The notes under the pieces are model-generated. The model saw only the letters and a program-made list of their open reading frames with translations. It made no database searches and was not told the DNA's origin. From contig CAXVYR010000002.1 in NCBI GenBank assembly GCA_963666975.2, positions 96,001 to 160,000 of the forward strand: a stretch of 64,000 nucleotides of DNA, written 5' to 3'. Made by a program: the position numbers and the translations under genes. Each line of letters begins with the position of its first letter. Position 1 is the first letter of the stretch. Positions 18,430 to 28,678 of the stretch are shown one piece after another. The stretch is from Terriglobia bacterium. GTDB taxonomy: Bacteria; Acidobacteriota; Terriglobia; 2-12-FULL-54-10.

Positions 18430-20319
18430 TTAGAACGTCTGCTCCAAATCGATGCCCGCTTTTTCCAGGGTGACGCCCATGGCCCGGTCCATCTGCACCG
18501 CGGCTTTGGCATAGTTGGCGCGAGCCTCCACCGCAGCAAGCTGCGCGGCCAGCACGTCCCGCTGCACCTGAATTACATTGTAGGGAATGGAAACTCCCGC
18601 TTGCAGCTTTTTTTCTTCGGCATCCAGGGTTTGCTCCATGCGGTCCACGGCCTTGCGCGCCGCCGCCACTTGCGCTTTCGTCTGCATCAAGCCAATGACG
18701 GCGTTGCGCACTTCCAGGCCGATCTGGTTGCGGGTGCGTTGCAGGGCCGTCTCGGCCTGCCGCTGTTCGAGGCGGGCCCGCAGATCATCGGCTTGGGCGC
18801 TCCGATTCAACAAAGGAAAGCTCAGCGAGAAACCAACCGCGTACTCGGGAAAATCAATGCGGCCCACCTGATGGAGCACCGAGCCCAACCCTCCGGATGA
18901 TCCCGCAGTGGCGAAGCGGCCAAAGATATTCAGCGTGGGTTTCAGGCGGTTCCGGGTGAATTGGACCGCTGTTTCCTGGTTCAGAATGTTTCCTTCCGCT
19001 TGCTGGATTTCCGGCCGGTTGCGCATGGCGGCGCTCAACGCCTCCTCCAGTCCGGGAATGTTGGCGTCTTGCGGCTCCGGCAACGAGTCCGTTATTTCAA
19101 TCCGCGCACCCCGCAAAACCGGAACGGTCTGTTTGCTGAAGACGTTTTTCAGCGCCACTTCTCTCATCTGCAAATCTGTCTCGGCTACGATCCGGTCGCG
19201 CTCCCTGGCCGCCACCTCGGCCTCCGCCGTCAGGACATCCAGCGGAGCGAGCGTGCCGATCTCGGCCCTCTTCCTATTGTCCTCATACAACCGCTCGGCG
19301 ACGGTCAATGCCTGTTCGGCCGCGCGGAGCCTGTCGCGGGAAGCAACCAGATCCCAGTACAGGCTTTGCGCCTGCGCCACAGTGTCGATCACCTGCTGCC
19401 GGAACCATTCCCGGGCAATCCGCCGCCCGTTTTGCGCCACATTCAAAAAGCGGCGCGTGACGCCGAAACCGAATCCGTTCATCAACTGCTGGTTGACGGA
19501 AAGAGAAAAGCCGGAGACAAAAGACGGGTTGAACAACAGAAATTGCTGGGTAGAACTCTGCCGCTGCGTATTGAAGCTGACGCTAAAGCTGGTTCCGGTT
19601 GTGAAGCCCTGGGCGTAAAAGGCCTGCAGGGCCGTCGTGTTGGCCACAACGGTCGGAACGCCGGCAACCCGCAGAGTGTTCAGCGGGCTGGTGGTACGGT
19701 CCACGCTGAAGTTCAGGCCGGCTACCGGATCAAAGTTGCTGCGCGAGCCTATAAACACCTGCCGGGCACGGCCGCTGATGGCGCTTCCACCGCCGCCTCC
19801 TCCTCTACCGCCTCCTCCGCCGCCTCCCAGTCCGGCTCCGATAGCTCCCGCAAACAGCCCGCTGGGGACACGGGCTCCGGCCACGCCGCGAGGCGACTGA
19901 CCCGCCTTGGCGCGCAAGATATCAGTTTCCGCAAAAGAGTTGTTGTAGCGAGCGACAGCGAGATCGAGATTGTTCTCCACCACGGCGTCCAACAACTGGG
20001 CGAGCGACAGCTCCAATTTTCCGTCACGGATCCTCTCGATGACACTTGCTCCAGTTCTTAGATTCGGAGATGGAATCCGCTGCGGCACGTAAGGCTTGTA
20101 GAATTTCGGGAACCACTCCTGGTTCCTGCTGTAGTCTTGCTTTACCAGATGGGGCGCCAGATCGGGAGGCACCAGATCGGGAGGTAGAGGTTGAGCCGCC
20201 GCCGGCATGCCTGCCAGGAAAAGCGCCAGCACGAAGAACACGATCCCGGAACGAGCAACAGTGTGAGTCCGGTCTGGGCGAGCCTGGTCTGGTTTCCAAT
20301 GTCGGGACGGGGTAACCAT
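18430..20319 (-). CDS. TolC family outer-membrane efflux protein
   Basis: Signal peptide, LSL...AVENNLDL, YWDL and GTLAPLDV coiled-coil repeats. Confidence 0.88.
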   Translation of the reverse strand: MVTPSRHWKPDQARPDRTHTVARSGIVFFVLALFLAGMPAAAQPLPPDLVPPDLAPHLVKQDYSRNQEWFPKFYKPYVPQRIPSPNLRTGASVIERIRDGKLELSLAQLLDAVVENNLDLAVARYNNSFAETDILRAKAGQSPRGVAGARVPSGLFAGAIGAGLGGGGGGGRGGGGGGSAISGRARQVFIGSRSNFDPVAGLNFSVDRTTSPLNTLRVAGVPTVVANTTALQAFYAQGFTTGTSFSVSFNTQRQSSTQQFLLFNPSFVSGFSLSVNQQLMNGFGFGVTRRFLNVAQNGRRIAREWFRQQVIDTVAQAQSLYWDLVASRDRLRAAEQALTVAERLYEDNRKRAEIGTLAPLDVLTAEAEVAARERDRIVAETDLQMREVALKNVFSKQTVPVLRGARIEITDSLPEPQDANIPGLEEALSAAMRNRPEIQQAEGNILNQETAVQFTRNRLKPTLNIFGRFATAGSSGGLGSVLHQVGRIDFPEYAVGFSLSFPLLNRSAQADDLRARLEQRQAETALQRTRNQIGLEVRNAVIGLMQTKAQVAAARKAVDRMEQTLDAEEKKLQAGVSIPYNVIQVQRDVLAAQLAAVEARANYAKAAVQMDRAMGVTLEKAGIDLEQTF

Positions 20320-20328
20320 TGCGGGTTC

Positions 20329-22230
20329 CTATTCGCCTCCCGGGGTAAATCCCCGAGCGCTGAATGGCGGGGTCGGCATGCGGGAGACGGTGCCGCTCAA
20401 TGCGTCGGAAAGCCGGATACCATTCCGGTCGAGCGTGGTGCCCATGGACCGGTCCATTTCCACCAGGGCTTTCGCATATCCAGCCACGGCGTTCACCTCC
20501 GCCAACTCGGCGGCAATCAGGTCGCGCTCCCGCAAGATCACCTGGTAGGAGGTCGTCACTCCCGCCTGCAATTTTTTCTGCTCGGCTTCCAGGGTCTGGC
20601 GGCCCAGGCGAACCACCTGGTGCGCCGCTTCCACCTGCGCCTTGCCTTGGATCAGCCCGATGATGGCCTGCTGCACCTCCAGGGAAACCTGGTTCCGGGA
20701 ACGCTGCAAACTGACCTCCAACTGGCTCCGCTCAAGTTGGGACCGGAGGCTGTCGGCCTGAGCGGCACGATTCTTGATCGGAACCGTCAGACTAAATCCT
20801 CCTGCGTATTCCGGAAACTCGCCGCGAATGGTTTGTCCCAGAGAACCGGGAGCGCCCGCCTTCACCCCTTCGGCGTTTCCCCGCAGACCGGCGCCGGAAT
20901 AGAGGCCAAACACGCTGGCTCTCGGCAGCAGACCGTTTGTCGTGAACTGCGTGCTGATGGCCTGGTTTTGGAGGTTTCCTTCCGCCTGCCGCAAATCGGG
21001 CCGGTTTGCCAAGGCGTTGGTCAGGGCATTTTGCAACTCCGGGATGTCGGCATCCCGCGGCTCCGGCATCTGATGGGTGATCACAATGCGCGCCGCATCC
21101 AGTTCCGGCTCCACCTTCTTGCTCAACAGATTCTTTAGCCGCGCCTCCTGCTGCTGGAGGTTCGTCCGGGCCACGATCAAATCGCGCTCCCGGGCGGCAA
21201 CCTCCGCCTCTGCGGCCACCACGTCCAGGGGCGCCAGCGTCCCGATCTCCGCCTGGATTTTGTTGTCCTCAAAAAGTCTCTGCGCCACGGTCAAGGACTG
21301 TTCGGCTACACGGACGTTTTCCTGGTGCGCCGCCATATCCCAGTACATGTTTTCCAGCTCGACGACTGTGCTGACGACTTGCTGGCGGAACACCTCTTCG
21401 GAAACCCGGCGGTTGTTTCGCGCGACCATCAGGAACCGCTCATTCGGCAGCCGTCCGAATCCGCTGAGCAAGGGCTGATTAAACCCCACCGCAAGGCGGG
21501 TAATCACGGCCGGATTGAAAAGCTGATTCAGCTGCGTAGTGCTTTGCCGCAGTCCGCTCAGAGTCACAAAGTAACTGGTGCCGGTAGGGAACAGTTGGGT
21601 ATAGCTGCCCGAAAACGCAGTGGCGTAGGTGGTGACATTGGGGATGCCGGACACCACCGTGGTGTTCAGAGGAGAAGTGACACGGTCCCAGCTAAAATTA
21701 AAGCTAACCGCAGGATCAAAGCTGCCCGTTGGACCGATCTGGACAGCGCCGCCTCCTCCGGTGATGCCGCCCGCTGAGCCCAATCCGCCCCCGCCGGATG
21801 CCTCGCTGATACCCGCTCCCAATGCGCCTATCGAGAGGCCGCCCGGAACGGATGCGCCCGGAACACCACGAGCCGCCTGGCCCGACCGGGCCCGCAGGAT
21901 ATCCGCCTGGGCCATCGGCACGATATAACGAGCCACCGCAATGTCCATGTTGTTTTCCAGCGCCAGAGCCAGAGCATCGGCCAGAGACAGCTCCAAATTC
22001 CCGTCGCGGATGAGGTCCGCAAGCCGCCGGGAATTCTCCAGGATCATGGGACTGATCCTCTGCTGCTGATAGGGCCGGTAGAAAGAAGGAAACCAGCTTG
22101 GCCCTGCCGTGTAATCCCTCTGAAATCCTTGCGGGTCCTGCGGAGCTTGACCGAAGAGCCGAGTCTCCGGCGCAAGCCCGTACAGGCAAAAAACAACGAG
22201 CAAGGCTAACCCGTAAGGCTGTACTTTCAT
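20329..22230 (-). CDS. TolC family outer-membrane efflux protein, paralog of the adjacent gene
   Basis: LSLADALALALENNMDI, YWD and GTLAPLDV; CAGGAGG RBS. Confidence 0.88.
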   Translation of the reverse strand: MKVQPYGLALLVVFCLYGLAPETRLFGQAPQDPQGFQRDYTAGPSWFPSFYRPYQQQRISPMILENSRRLADLIRDGNLELSLADALALALENNMDIAVARYIVPMAQADILRARSGQAARGVPGASVPGGLSIGALGAGISEASGGGGLGSAGGITGGGGAVQIGPTGSFDPAVSFNFSWDRVTSPLNTTVVSGIPNVTTYATAFSGSYTQLFPTGTSYFVTLSGLRQSTTQLNQLFNPAVITRLAVGFNQPLLSGFGRLPNERFLMVARNNRRVSEEVFRQQVVSTVVELENMYWDMAAHQENVRVAEQSLTVAQRLFEDNKIQAEIGTLAPLDVVAAEAEVAARERDLIVARTNLQQQEARLKNLLSKKVEPELDAARIVITHQMPEPRDADIPELQNALTNALANRPDLRQAEGNLQNQAISTQFTTNGLLPRASVFGLYSGAGLRGNAEGVKAGAPGSLGQTIRGEFPEYAGGFSLTVPIKNRAAQADSLRSQLERSQLEVSLQRSRNQVSLEVQQAIIGLIQGKAQVEAAHQVVRLGRQTLEAEQKKLQAGVTTSYQVILRERDLIAAELAEVNAVAGYAKALVEMDRSMGTTLDRNGIRLSDALSGTVSRMPTPPFSARGFTPGGE

Positions 22231-22532
22231 CTGGAACCTCCTGAAGTAGTTCTGCATGAAACGCTCATGAAATACTGATGATAAGAACCCGAATCAGGTT
22301 GCCGAAGTTTCGCCAGGAACAGCACTGATGAGCAGAACTTTGGTTTGCGTGCGGGTTTGTGTGCGCCTGCGGTCTTCAACTTTTGCAGGGTGACCCGATT
22401 CGGGGAAATCCTTGACCAATTACGCTCGGATTTGAAGGAAATCAAAACCAAATATAAATGTTAGCACCAAATGTTCGCACCAAGGGCGGGAATTTGGTAG
22501 TGGATCAGCTTCCGTTGGGCGCAGCGTCACAC

Positions 22533-22800
22533 GATTTGTCAGGGCACGGTTTTAATCGTGCCGATCATATTGCATGAAATGATTTCTTCCTTACTGCCGT
22601 AGGCCCAAGCGGCCTGCCCCGAGCAGAGTCGAGGGGAGGCGCAGCCGGAGCGCCATTGGAACGTCGGCTTTAGAACAGGTAAGAGCATGAACATTTGATT
22701 CTTGTCGCTACGCTGCCGCTGCGCGACAGCCTTCGGCAGAGTGGTTCTAAAGATGACTGCCGCCCATTTCGGCACGGTTAAAACCGTGCCCTGACGAATC
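22533..22800. repeat. REPIN/MITE-like element bounded by 32-bp inverted repeats
   Basis: GATTTGTCAGGGCACGGTTTTAATCGTGCCGA (22533-22564) is the reverse complement of 22769-22800 with 2 mismatches. Each arm is itself a hairpin. Confidence 0.75.
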
Positions 22801-22870
22801 TTCTCTGCATTGCTCCGCGACGAGCGTAAGCGGCGTTATAATAAGCACCGCCATCGCGGGTGTGCCCGCA

Positions 22871-22899
22871 ATCAGAGCCGCGACAGTAATGGAGCGGTT
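22871..22899 (+). repeat. REP-like repeat, family A
   Basis: ATCAGAGCCGCGACAGTAATGGAGCGGTT. Confidence 0.7.
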
Positions 22900-22956
22900 T
22901 CCTAACCACCGCCCGCCAAGGCGGTTTGGGCGGGTCGGCATAAACAGGCGTTAGGT
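22900..22956 (+). other. attC-like recombination site
   Basis: CCTAAC ... GTTAGGT complementary ends with an internal CCGCCC/GGGCGG stem; an ATG follows 10 nt after the core site. Confidence 0.4.
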
Positions 22957-22966
22957 GATATCCAAA

Positions 22967-23471
22967 ATGAAACATCGCCTCCTAATATTTCGGGATGCTT
23001 GGTGGCTTGCGTTTATTGTTATTGCCATCACCTCGGTCGCGATCTGACTGAGCAAATCGGACGAAAAAGGGGCGCTAATCGCTTCGGTTGTAACTCTTGG
23101 CCTTGGCTTCTGCTATTTTGCACAACGGCAGGCGTTGGACGAATTGCGGCTATTCAAGGAATTGTTTGTCGAATTTAATAGGCGATACAACGACTTGAAC
23201 GATGATTTGCTCGACATTCGTGAAGGCCAGATGAATGACGATCGCAAAAAGCTCAAAACTCTGGTCGCCTATTTCAATTTGTGCAATTTGCGCGGAAGAG
23301 TTCTTTTTCCACGAACACGGCCATATTCATAGAGATGTATGGCACCCTTGGTGCAAGGGCATGCTGTTTTTCATTGAGCACGAGAGCATCAGTCCGATAT
23401 GGGACCGTGAATCAATGCAGGGCTCATATTACGGCCTGACAATTCAAAAGATTCGCGACGGTGCGAGCTAA
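22967..23471 (+). pseudogene. AT-rich membrane-anchored hypothetical gene with an in-frame stop and a frameshift
   Basis: MKHRLLIF... two hydrophobic helices, in-frame TGA at 23045, then LFKELFVEFNRRY...YFNLC. A 7-nt duplication near 23285 shifts the frame before AEEFFFH...W..W..GM. Confidence 0.65.
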
Positions 23472-23692
23472 CCACCCACTGCACTGAACCGTAAGCGGGG
23501 GAGACATGGTGAGCGTTTTTTTTCCTCTCGACTCCGCGCGGGGCAAGCTCGCCGGGGGCTGTTGGTGAGAAAGTTATCGCACTGCCATTGGCTGCAATCC
23601 GAGCCGCGCTGAGCCTGCACTTTTCCAGCGAATCTCTCCCTGGCTTCACTTCCGCTCTGTGTTTTGCCGGAAGCCTCGTTTATACTGAGAGC

Positions 23693-23977
23693 ATGTTGCA
23701 GTATCACGTTGCCTTCTACCTGCCGCGAGGGGAAGAGCGGATGGTAGTCGCGGAGGTGCTGGACTTTCCGGGAGTTGTCAGTCAGGGGTTTGATCTGGCC
23801 GACGCGCACGCGATGATCGCGAGCGCCTTGGAGGAGATGGCAGAATCCTGTCTGGAGGAAGGACGCCCGCTGCCGACGCCTTCCGCAACCGCTGCCGATC
23901 CCGAGGCTGACTCTGTGGAATTGATTCCCCTCTCGGTCGCCGCTGGCACGATGCGGCCCGGTCCGACGCGGCCATGA
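23693..23977 (+). CDS. hicB: HicB family antitoxin, short form without a DNA-binding domain
   Basis: VAEVLDFPGVVSQG..L.DA......ALE......LEEGRPLPTP. Confidence 0.85.
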   Translation: MLQYHVAFYLPRGEERMVVAEVLDFPGVVSQGFDLADAHAMIASALEEMAESCLEEGRPLPTPSATAADPEADSVELIPLSVAAGTMRPGPTRP

Positions 23978-24162
23978 AACGCGGCGACTTGCTGCGTCAT
24001 CTGAAACGATGTGGCTGTCAGTTAAATCACGAGGGCAGCCGCCACTCCATCTACAAGAATCCCGCAAACAGCAACAAGACTTCCGTGCCCAGGCACATGG
24101 AAATTGACAACCGCCTGGCCAGGAAGATTTGCAAGCAGCTCGGAATTCGGCCAATTAGCTAG
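23974..24162 (+). CDS. hicA: HicA family mRNA interferase toxin
   Basis: MKRGDLLRHLKRCGC...EGSRHSIY.NP....TSVPRH.EI...LARKICKQL; ATGA overlap with hicB. Confidence 0.9.
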   Translation: MKRGDLLRHLKRCGCQLNHEGSRHSIYKNPANSNKTSVPRHMEIDNRLARKICKQLGIRPIS

Positions 24163-24309
24163 CCGCGGCGAGCGTCTTAATTGAATTGCCGGCGGCAGCC
24201 CTCGCCGTGGGCATTTCATCGGAGTTTACAAACCCACGGCAAATCGGAACTGCAAATTTGCCGTGGCTACCCCGCTCCAAATGAAGTGACCTTGTCTTGG
24301 CCAGGGAGC

Positions 24310-25602
24310 TCAGGGAGTAGCCTCGGGCGCTGTGCCGCTCGCGGCGATCTTCGTGCCGGATGGGGAGCCAGCCGCCATCAGGGCAAGGAACCGATCACGT
24401 GCCGCATGAAATGAATCCTGCTGCTCCGCGCTGATGCTCGACCGCCGTGGCACTTTGAGATTTTTGAAGTTCACGTACCTGCCATTTTTCCGCACGCGGA
24501 GATCCAGATGCGGACCGGTAGCGATCCCGGTTGCCCCGACCAAACCGATGCGCTGGCCTTGCTCCACTTTCTGGCCCTTCCGCACCAGCCTTCTGGAAAG
24601 GTGCAAATATTGAGTTTCGTACGCATTCGCATGTCTGATCGTAATCAGATTGCCGGAACCTCCCGAACGGCCTGAAAAGACCACGCGGCCAGCAGCCACA
24701 GTCCGGACGGGCGTGCCGGACGGCGCTGCGTAGTCGATTCCCAGGTGTGGCCGATAAACCTTCAGGACCGGATGATAGCGGCGGCGCGAGAACTGAGAAC
24801 TGATTCGCACGTCGAACGCGATGGGAGACCGCAGGAAAGAGGACTGGAGGGATTGGCCGTCACTAGAATAGTAGTAACCGGGCTCCCCATCCTCATCCTC
24901 GTCTGGGAACAAGTATGCGTCGTAGATCGAGCCTGCATTGTTGTATTGCGCCGCGAGCACGCGCCGATATGTCGCTGGCCCCCCGTTGGCATACTCTTTC
25001 TTCTCGACCAGCACGCAAAACGCATCCCCCTCGCGAGGGTCCCGGTAAAAATCCAGGTCCCACGCGAAAATTTCGGCAAATCGGACGACAAGCTCCGGGC
25101 GTTCGCCAATCCTCTCCATGCTTTCAAACAATGAACCTTGAATCGTGCCGCAAACGGCATCCGAACGAATCGTGCCTGGAACCTCGGCAACATGCGCCAC
25201 AAAGGCCCCGTTGGACTTTGCCACCTGAAGCTTGTTGTCCGGGTCGATGACATATTCGAGCGATTCCAGAATCCCTTCCCCGGAACGGATCAGCGCCAAT
25301 TGCGAACCAGCGCGCAGTTTCTTGAGATCAAATTCCTTCTCAACGGCGGCAATCAACTCCACGCTCGCTTCCTGATCAATGTCGGCGCGCTTGAGCAAGT
25401 CCGCAAGGGTATCGCCGCGCAGAATCGGGACGATCTGCTGGGTCAGCACCCGGATGGGAACACTGGCTGGAAGCTCGATTGGGACCTCGCGCAGATCGGG
25501 TTTCGAGGCGGGACGAGTGTGCCGCCAAGTCAAAAGCGTTGCAGAAAAGCAGATTGCAACAACCGCCAGAAAGCGAATCGCCGGTCGAATAGGCCGTTTC
25601 AC
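24310..25602 (-). CDS. M23 family peptidoglycan DD-endopeptidase (MepM-like)
   Basis: HLGIDYAAP.GTPV, YLHL and ATGPHLD motifs; N-terminal membrane anchor. Confidence 0.92.
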   Translation of the reverse strand: MKRPIRPAIRFLAVVAICFSATLLTWRHTRPASKPDLREVPIELPASVPIRVLTQQIVPILRGDTLADLLKRADIDQEASVELIAAVEKEFDLKKLRAGSQLALIRSGEGILESLEYVIDPDNKLQVAKSNGAFVAHVAEVPGTIRSDAVCGTIQGSLFESMERIGERPELVVRFAEIFAWDLDFYRDPREGDAFCVLVEKKEYANGGPATYRRVLAAQYNNAGSIYDAYLFPDEDEDGEPGYYYSSDGQSLQSSFLRSPIAFDVRISSQFSRRRYHPVLKVYRPHLGIDYAAPSGTPVRTVAAGRVVFSGRSGGSGNLITIRHANAYETQYLHLSRRLVRKGQKVEQGQRIGLVGATGIATGPHLDLRVRKNGRYVNFKNLKVPRRSSISAEQQDSFHAARDRFLALMAAGSPSGTKIAASGTAPEATP

Positions 25603-25843
25603 CGTTGTATGAAAACATTTCCTATGAAATGGGTCAACGTGATTCTGCGGACAGTTCCATTTCGGTTGCCCTGGCCGGGGCTTTTTCCCAGGGGAAATTG
25701 GCGGGGATTCATCTGACGCGGAAGGCAGATCACATCAGCGTTGACGAGGCAATTCGCTGCATTTCCTGAGAAGTTGACATTCCAGAAACTTCCCGTCGCC
25801 AGCAATCTGACACACTACCCGGCTTCGTTCCGTTTCCGTTTTA

Positions 25844-26743
25844 TTACTTTCCCAGAACGTGCCGCAGGGCGGCTTCGAGTTCAGGATAGCGGAATACGAA
25901 GCCGGAAGACTGGAGACGGGCAGGCTGGACGCGAGCGCTGGCGAGCAGAAGGTCGTTCGCCATCTCGCCCAAGGCGAGGCGCGCCGCAAAAGCAGGCAAG
26001 GGAAATATCGTGGGGCGCGAAAGAACTTTCCCCAAGGTCTTGGTGAATTCCAGATTGGTGACCGGGTTGGGAGCCACGGCGTTGATCGCTCCACGGATCG
26101 TGTCGTTGGAAATCGCATGTTGAATGACGCCGAGAAGGTCGTCCATCGCAATCCAGCTCATGTATTGCCGCCCCGAGCCCACCTTGCCTCCCAGGCCCAT
26201 TCGGAAGGGCAGCAGCATTTTTCCCAGCGCCCCACCGCCGGAGCTGAGAACGACTCCGGTCCGCAGATGAACAACGCGGATTCCCCGCCGGACCATCGGC
26301 TCCGCAGCCGCCTCCCAATTCCGGCAGGTATCGGCCAGGAAGCCGGAACCCGGCGCGCTCTCCTCCTGCAGCACTTCCTCGCCCCGGTCACCGTAGTAGC
26401 CGATGGCGGAAGCACAAACAATGACCTTCGGGGGCTGCCGAAGAGGAGCGAGGTGCTCGGCAAGCACCGAGGTGCCCTTCACCCGGCTTGCCTGTATCCT
26501 GAGCTTTTTTTGTGTCGTCCATCTTCCTCCGGCGATGCTTTCCCCGGCCAGATGCACGACCGCATCCATCCCTTCCAGATCATTCATGGCCACAGTCCCG
26601 GCAGCCGGGTCCCAGTAAATCTCTGCGGCATCAGGACGGGGTTTAGAGCGCACGAGCCGGGTGACGGCGTGTCCGTTCGCAATGAGCAATGGAACCAGCG
26701 AGGAGCCGATCAATCCGGTTGATCCCGTCACTAAAATTTTCAC
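25844..26743 (-). CDS. YfcH-like NAD-dependent epimerase family protein
   Basis: TGSTGLIG, HLAGE, RWT...K, SAIGYYG and G.G.QYMSWI. Confidence 0.9.
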   Translation of the reverse strand: MKILVTGSTGLIGSSLVPLLIANGHAVTRLVRSKPRPDAAEIYWDPAAGTVAMNDLEGMDAVVHLAGESIAGGRWTTQKKLRIQASRVKGTSVLAEHLAPLRQPPKVIVCASAIGYYGDRGEEVLQEESAPGSGFLADTCRNWEAAAEPMVRRGIRVVHLRTGVVLSSGGGALGKMLLPFRMGLGGKVGSGRQYMSWIAMDDLLGVIQHAISNDTIRGAINAVAPNPVTNLEFTKTLGKVLSRPTIFPLPAFAARLALGEMANDLLLASARVQPARLQSSGFVFRYPELEAALRHVLGK

Positions 26744-26874
26744 AGATACCCCTCCGCACTAAGAACTGTAATTGCCGCCGGAAATGATGGTGCGGTAGCG
26801 ATAGTCTAACATTTTTCCGGTTTCCAGCCCCGTGCCGATGAGCCGCATGCGGAAGGAAGTGCCGCCCTTTGGGA

Positions 26875-28299
26875 TTATTCCGGTTTGCGTTTGAGAAGGA
26901 TTGCGGCGAAGAAGCCGTCAGCGCTATCGCGCGCGGGAGAAGTTTCCAGGAACTTCTTTTCCAATATCCAGCCGGCTGACGGGTGGAACGACGGACGCAA
27001 GCGCGGGGCATCGGCATGCAAAGGAAGCAGGTGGAAATCAGGCCGGAGGGCGAGAAAGTTTTTCACCACGGCCCGGTTCTCTTCGTCTTCCAAAGAACAG
27101 GTCGAATAGACCATGCGGCCCCCGGCGGAGAGAACCTCGGCGGCGCAGGTTAACAAACGAAGCTGCTTTTCCGCCAGAGCTTGCACGCCGGAGTGCGTCA
27201 AGCGCCACTTGATCTCCGGATGCCGCCGCAAGGTTCCGGTGCCGCTGCAAGGCGCGTCTACTAAAATCCGGTCAAACGAAGCGCGGAAGGGCAACGGCCC
27301 GGCGCCGTCTAATGCGACCAAATTGATGTTAGGAAGCTTTTGTGTGGACCCCATCCCCGACAGCCGGCGCAGGTGGACATCACATGCCACCACGCACCCT
27401 TCCTTCCCCGCCGATTGCGCAAGCTGGGAGGTCTTGTTGCCCGGCGCCGCGCAGAGATCGAGCACGCGGTCTCCCTGCTGCACATCAAGCAGACCAGCTA
27501 CCATCTGCGAAGCCTCGTCCTGAATGGCGATCTCTCCCCGGCGATAGGATTCCGTCCGCGTGATGTTTCCCTGAATAACCGCCCGGCACTGCTTCAGAAA
27601 ATTTCCCGGCTGCGTTTGAATTCCCTGACGGCGCAAACGTTCCTCTAGCTCCGCTTCTGTATCAACTGTATCAACGCCACTTTCAAAACCCCTGCTGGGA
27701 AGCAGCGGATTGGGCCGCAGATAAGTGACCGGCGCTTGATTGTTGGCGCGAGCCAGCGATATCGCCTCCTCTGGTCCGAACTGTCCGCTCCAGCGCTGGA
27801 GCATCCAGGAAGGGTGCGAAAGCTCAATCGCCGCCCATTCGGCTTCGTCCATTGACTGGGGCATTGACTGAACTATTGACTGGACCATGGCCGGACCTTG
27901 TAACGACGCCAGGTCCGCCTCCGCGCCTTTGCGCAAAACCACGTTGACCAGTCCCGCCGCAGAGCGCTTGCCCGCAGTCTTTACCAATTCCACCGTTTCG
28001 TAGATAGCGGCCCGCGCAGGCATCCGGGTGAGGAAACGAAGCTGGTAGAGACCCATCCGCAGCGCCACCCGCACCTCCGGGTCAAAAGAGGTCCAGCGCC
28101 CCTGGGCGAAGTGTTGCGAGATGAAATCGAATGTGCCCTGCCAGCGCAACGTCCCCAGCACCAACTCCGTACAGAGCGCCGCGTCAGCGAGGGAGAGCCC
28201 GGCAGTCATTGGGCTGGCGAGCAGTTCCGAGGCGTAGCTCGCTTGGGTTTCCACGCGGAGCAAAATCTCAAAGGCTGTCCGGCGGGCAGGAGTAGGCAT
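26875..28299 (-). CDS. rsmB: 16S rRNA (cytosine967-C5)-methyltransferase
   Basis: NusB-like N-terminus, QDEASQ, DLCAAPGNKT, DAPCSGTG and YSTCS. Confidence 0.93.
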   Translation of the reverse strand: MPTPARRTAFEILLRVETQASYASELLASPMTAGLSLADAALCTELVLGTLRWQGTFDFISQHFAQGRWTSFDPEVRVALRMGLYQLRFLTRMPARAAIYETVELVKTAGKRSAAGLVNVVLRKGAEADLASLQGPAMVQSIVQSMPQSMDEAEWAAIELSHPSWMLQRWSGQFGPEEAISLARANNQAPVTYLRPNPLLPSRGFESGVDTVDTEAELEERLRRQGIQTQPGNFLKQCRAVIQGNITRTESYRRGEIAIQDEASQMVAGLLDVQQGDRVLDLCAAPGNKTSQLAQSAGKEGCVVACDVHLRRLSGMGSTQKLPNINLVALDGAGPLPFRASFDRILVDAPCSGTGTLRRHPEIKWRLTHSGVQALAEKQLRLLTCAAEVLSAGGRMVYSTCSLEDEENRAVVKNFLALRPDFHLLPLHADAPRLRPSFHPSAGWILEKKFLETSPARDSADGFFAAILLKRKPE

Positions 28300-28410
28300 G
28301 ATTCACCTCTATTACTTGCGCCGCTCAATCGCGCATTTCGGATCGTGGTCGATTCAGCCGGTTAAAAGCAAGCTGCTTTTCCCAGTCCGCCGATTCATTT
28401 TTTGGAGGGA

Positions 28411-28441
28411 CAAAAAAATCCCCGAAGAATCGGGGCTTTTC
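28411..28441. terminator. Intrinsic terminator, usable in both directions
   Basis: AAAAAAATCCCCGA-AGAA-TCGGGGCTTTT. Confidence 0.75.
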
Positions 28442-28458
28442 AGAAATTGTTGCTTCGG

Positions 28459-28626
28459 TTACAGGTTGCGCGTAGGACTGAATACCGGCTCGACGCCGCC
28501 CTGCATTATTGGCACAAAGGCCCATTCAATCTGCAACGTGATGCGGGAAAAGGTTTCAAAGCAAAAACAGCATGCAGGGAGTATCTTATTTGATTCCCCC
28601 TGAAGGGTCCATGCTTTTGCAGACAT
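28459..28626 (-). CDS. Candidate 55-aa small protein with a CCFC motif, below the ORF-track cutoff
   Basis: MSAKAWTLQGESNKILPACCFCFETFSRITLQIEWAFVPIMQGGVEPVFSPTRNL*. TAAAAT -10 box upstream and a terminator right after the stop. Confidence 0.5.
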   Translation of the reverse strand: MSAKAWTLQGESNKILPACCFCFETFSRITLQIEWAFVPIMQGGVEPVFSPTRNL

Positions 28627-28678
28627 TCTGGACTCTGATTTTACCGGTCCCTACCGCTAGAAGGACGAAATGCTCCTC

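Noticed and set aside
23045-23047. Second selenocysteine UGA
   Set aside because: It lies at the end of a hydrophobic helix with no Cys/redox context or SECIS-like hairpin, and the gene is also frameshifted; most likely a TGG-to-TGA nonsense change
28440-28610. 6S RNA
   Set aside because: Only one 8-bp inverted repeat is evident, not the long rod with a central bubble; a small ORF explains the region better
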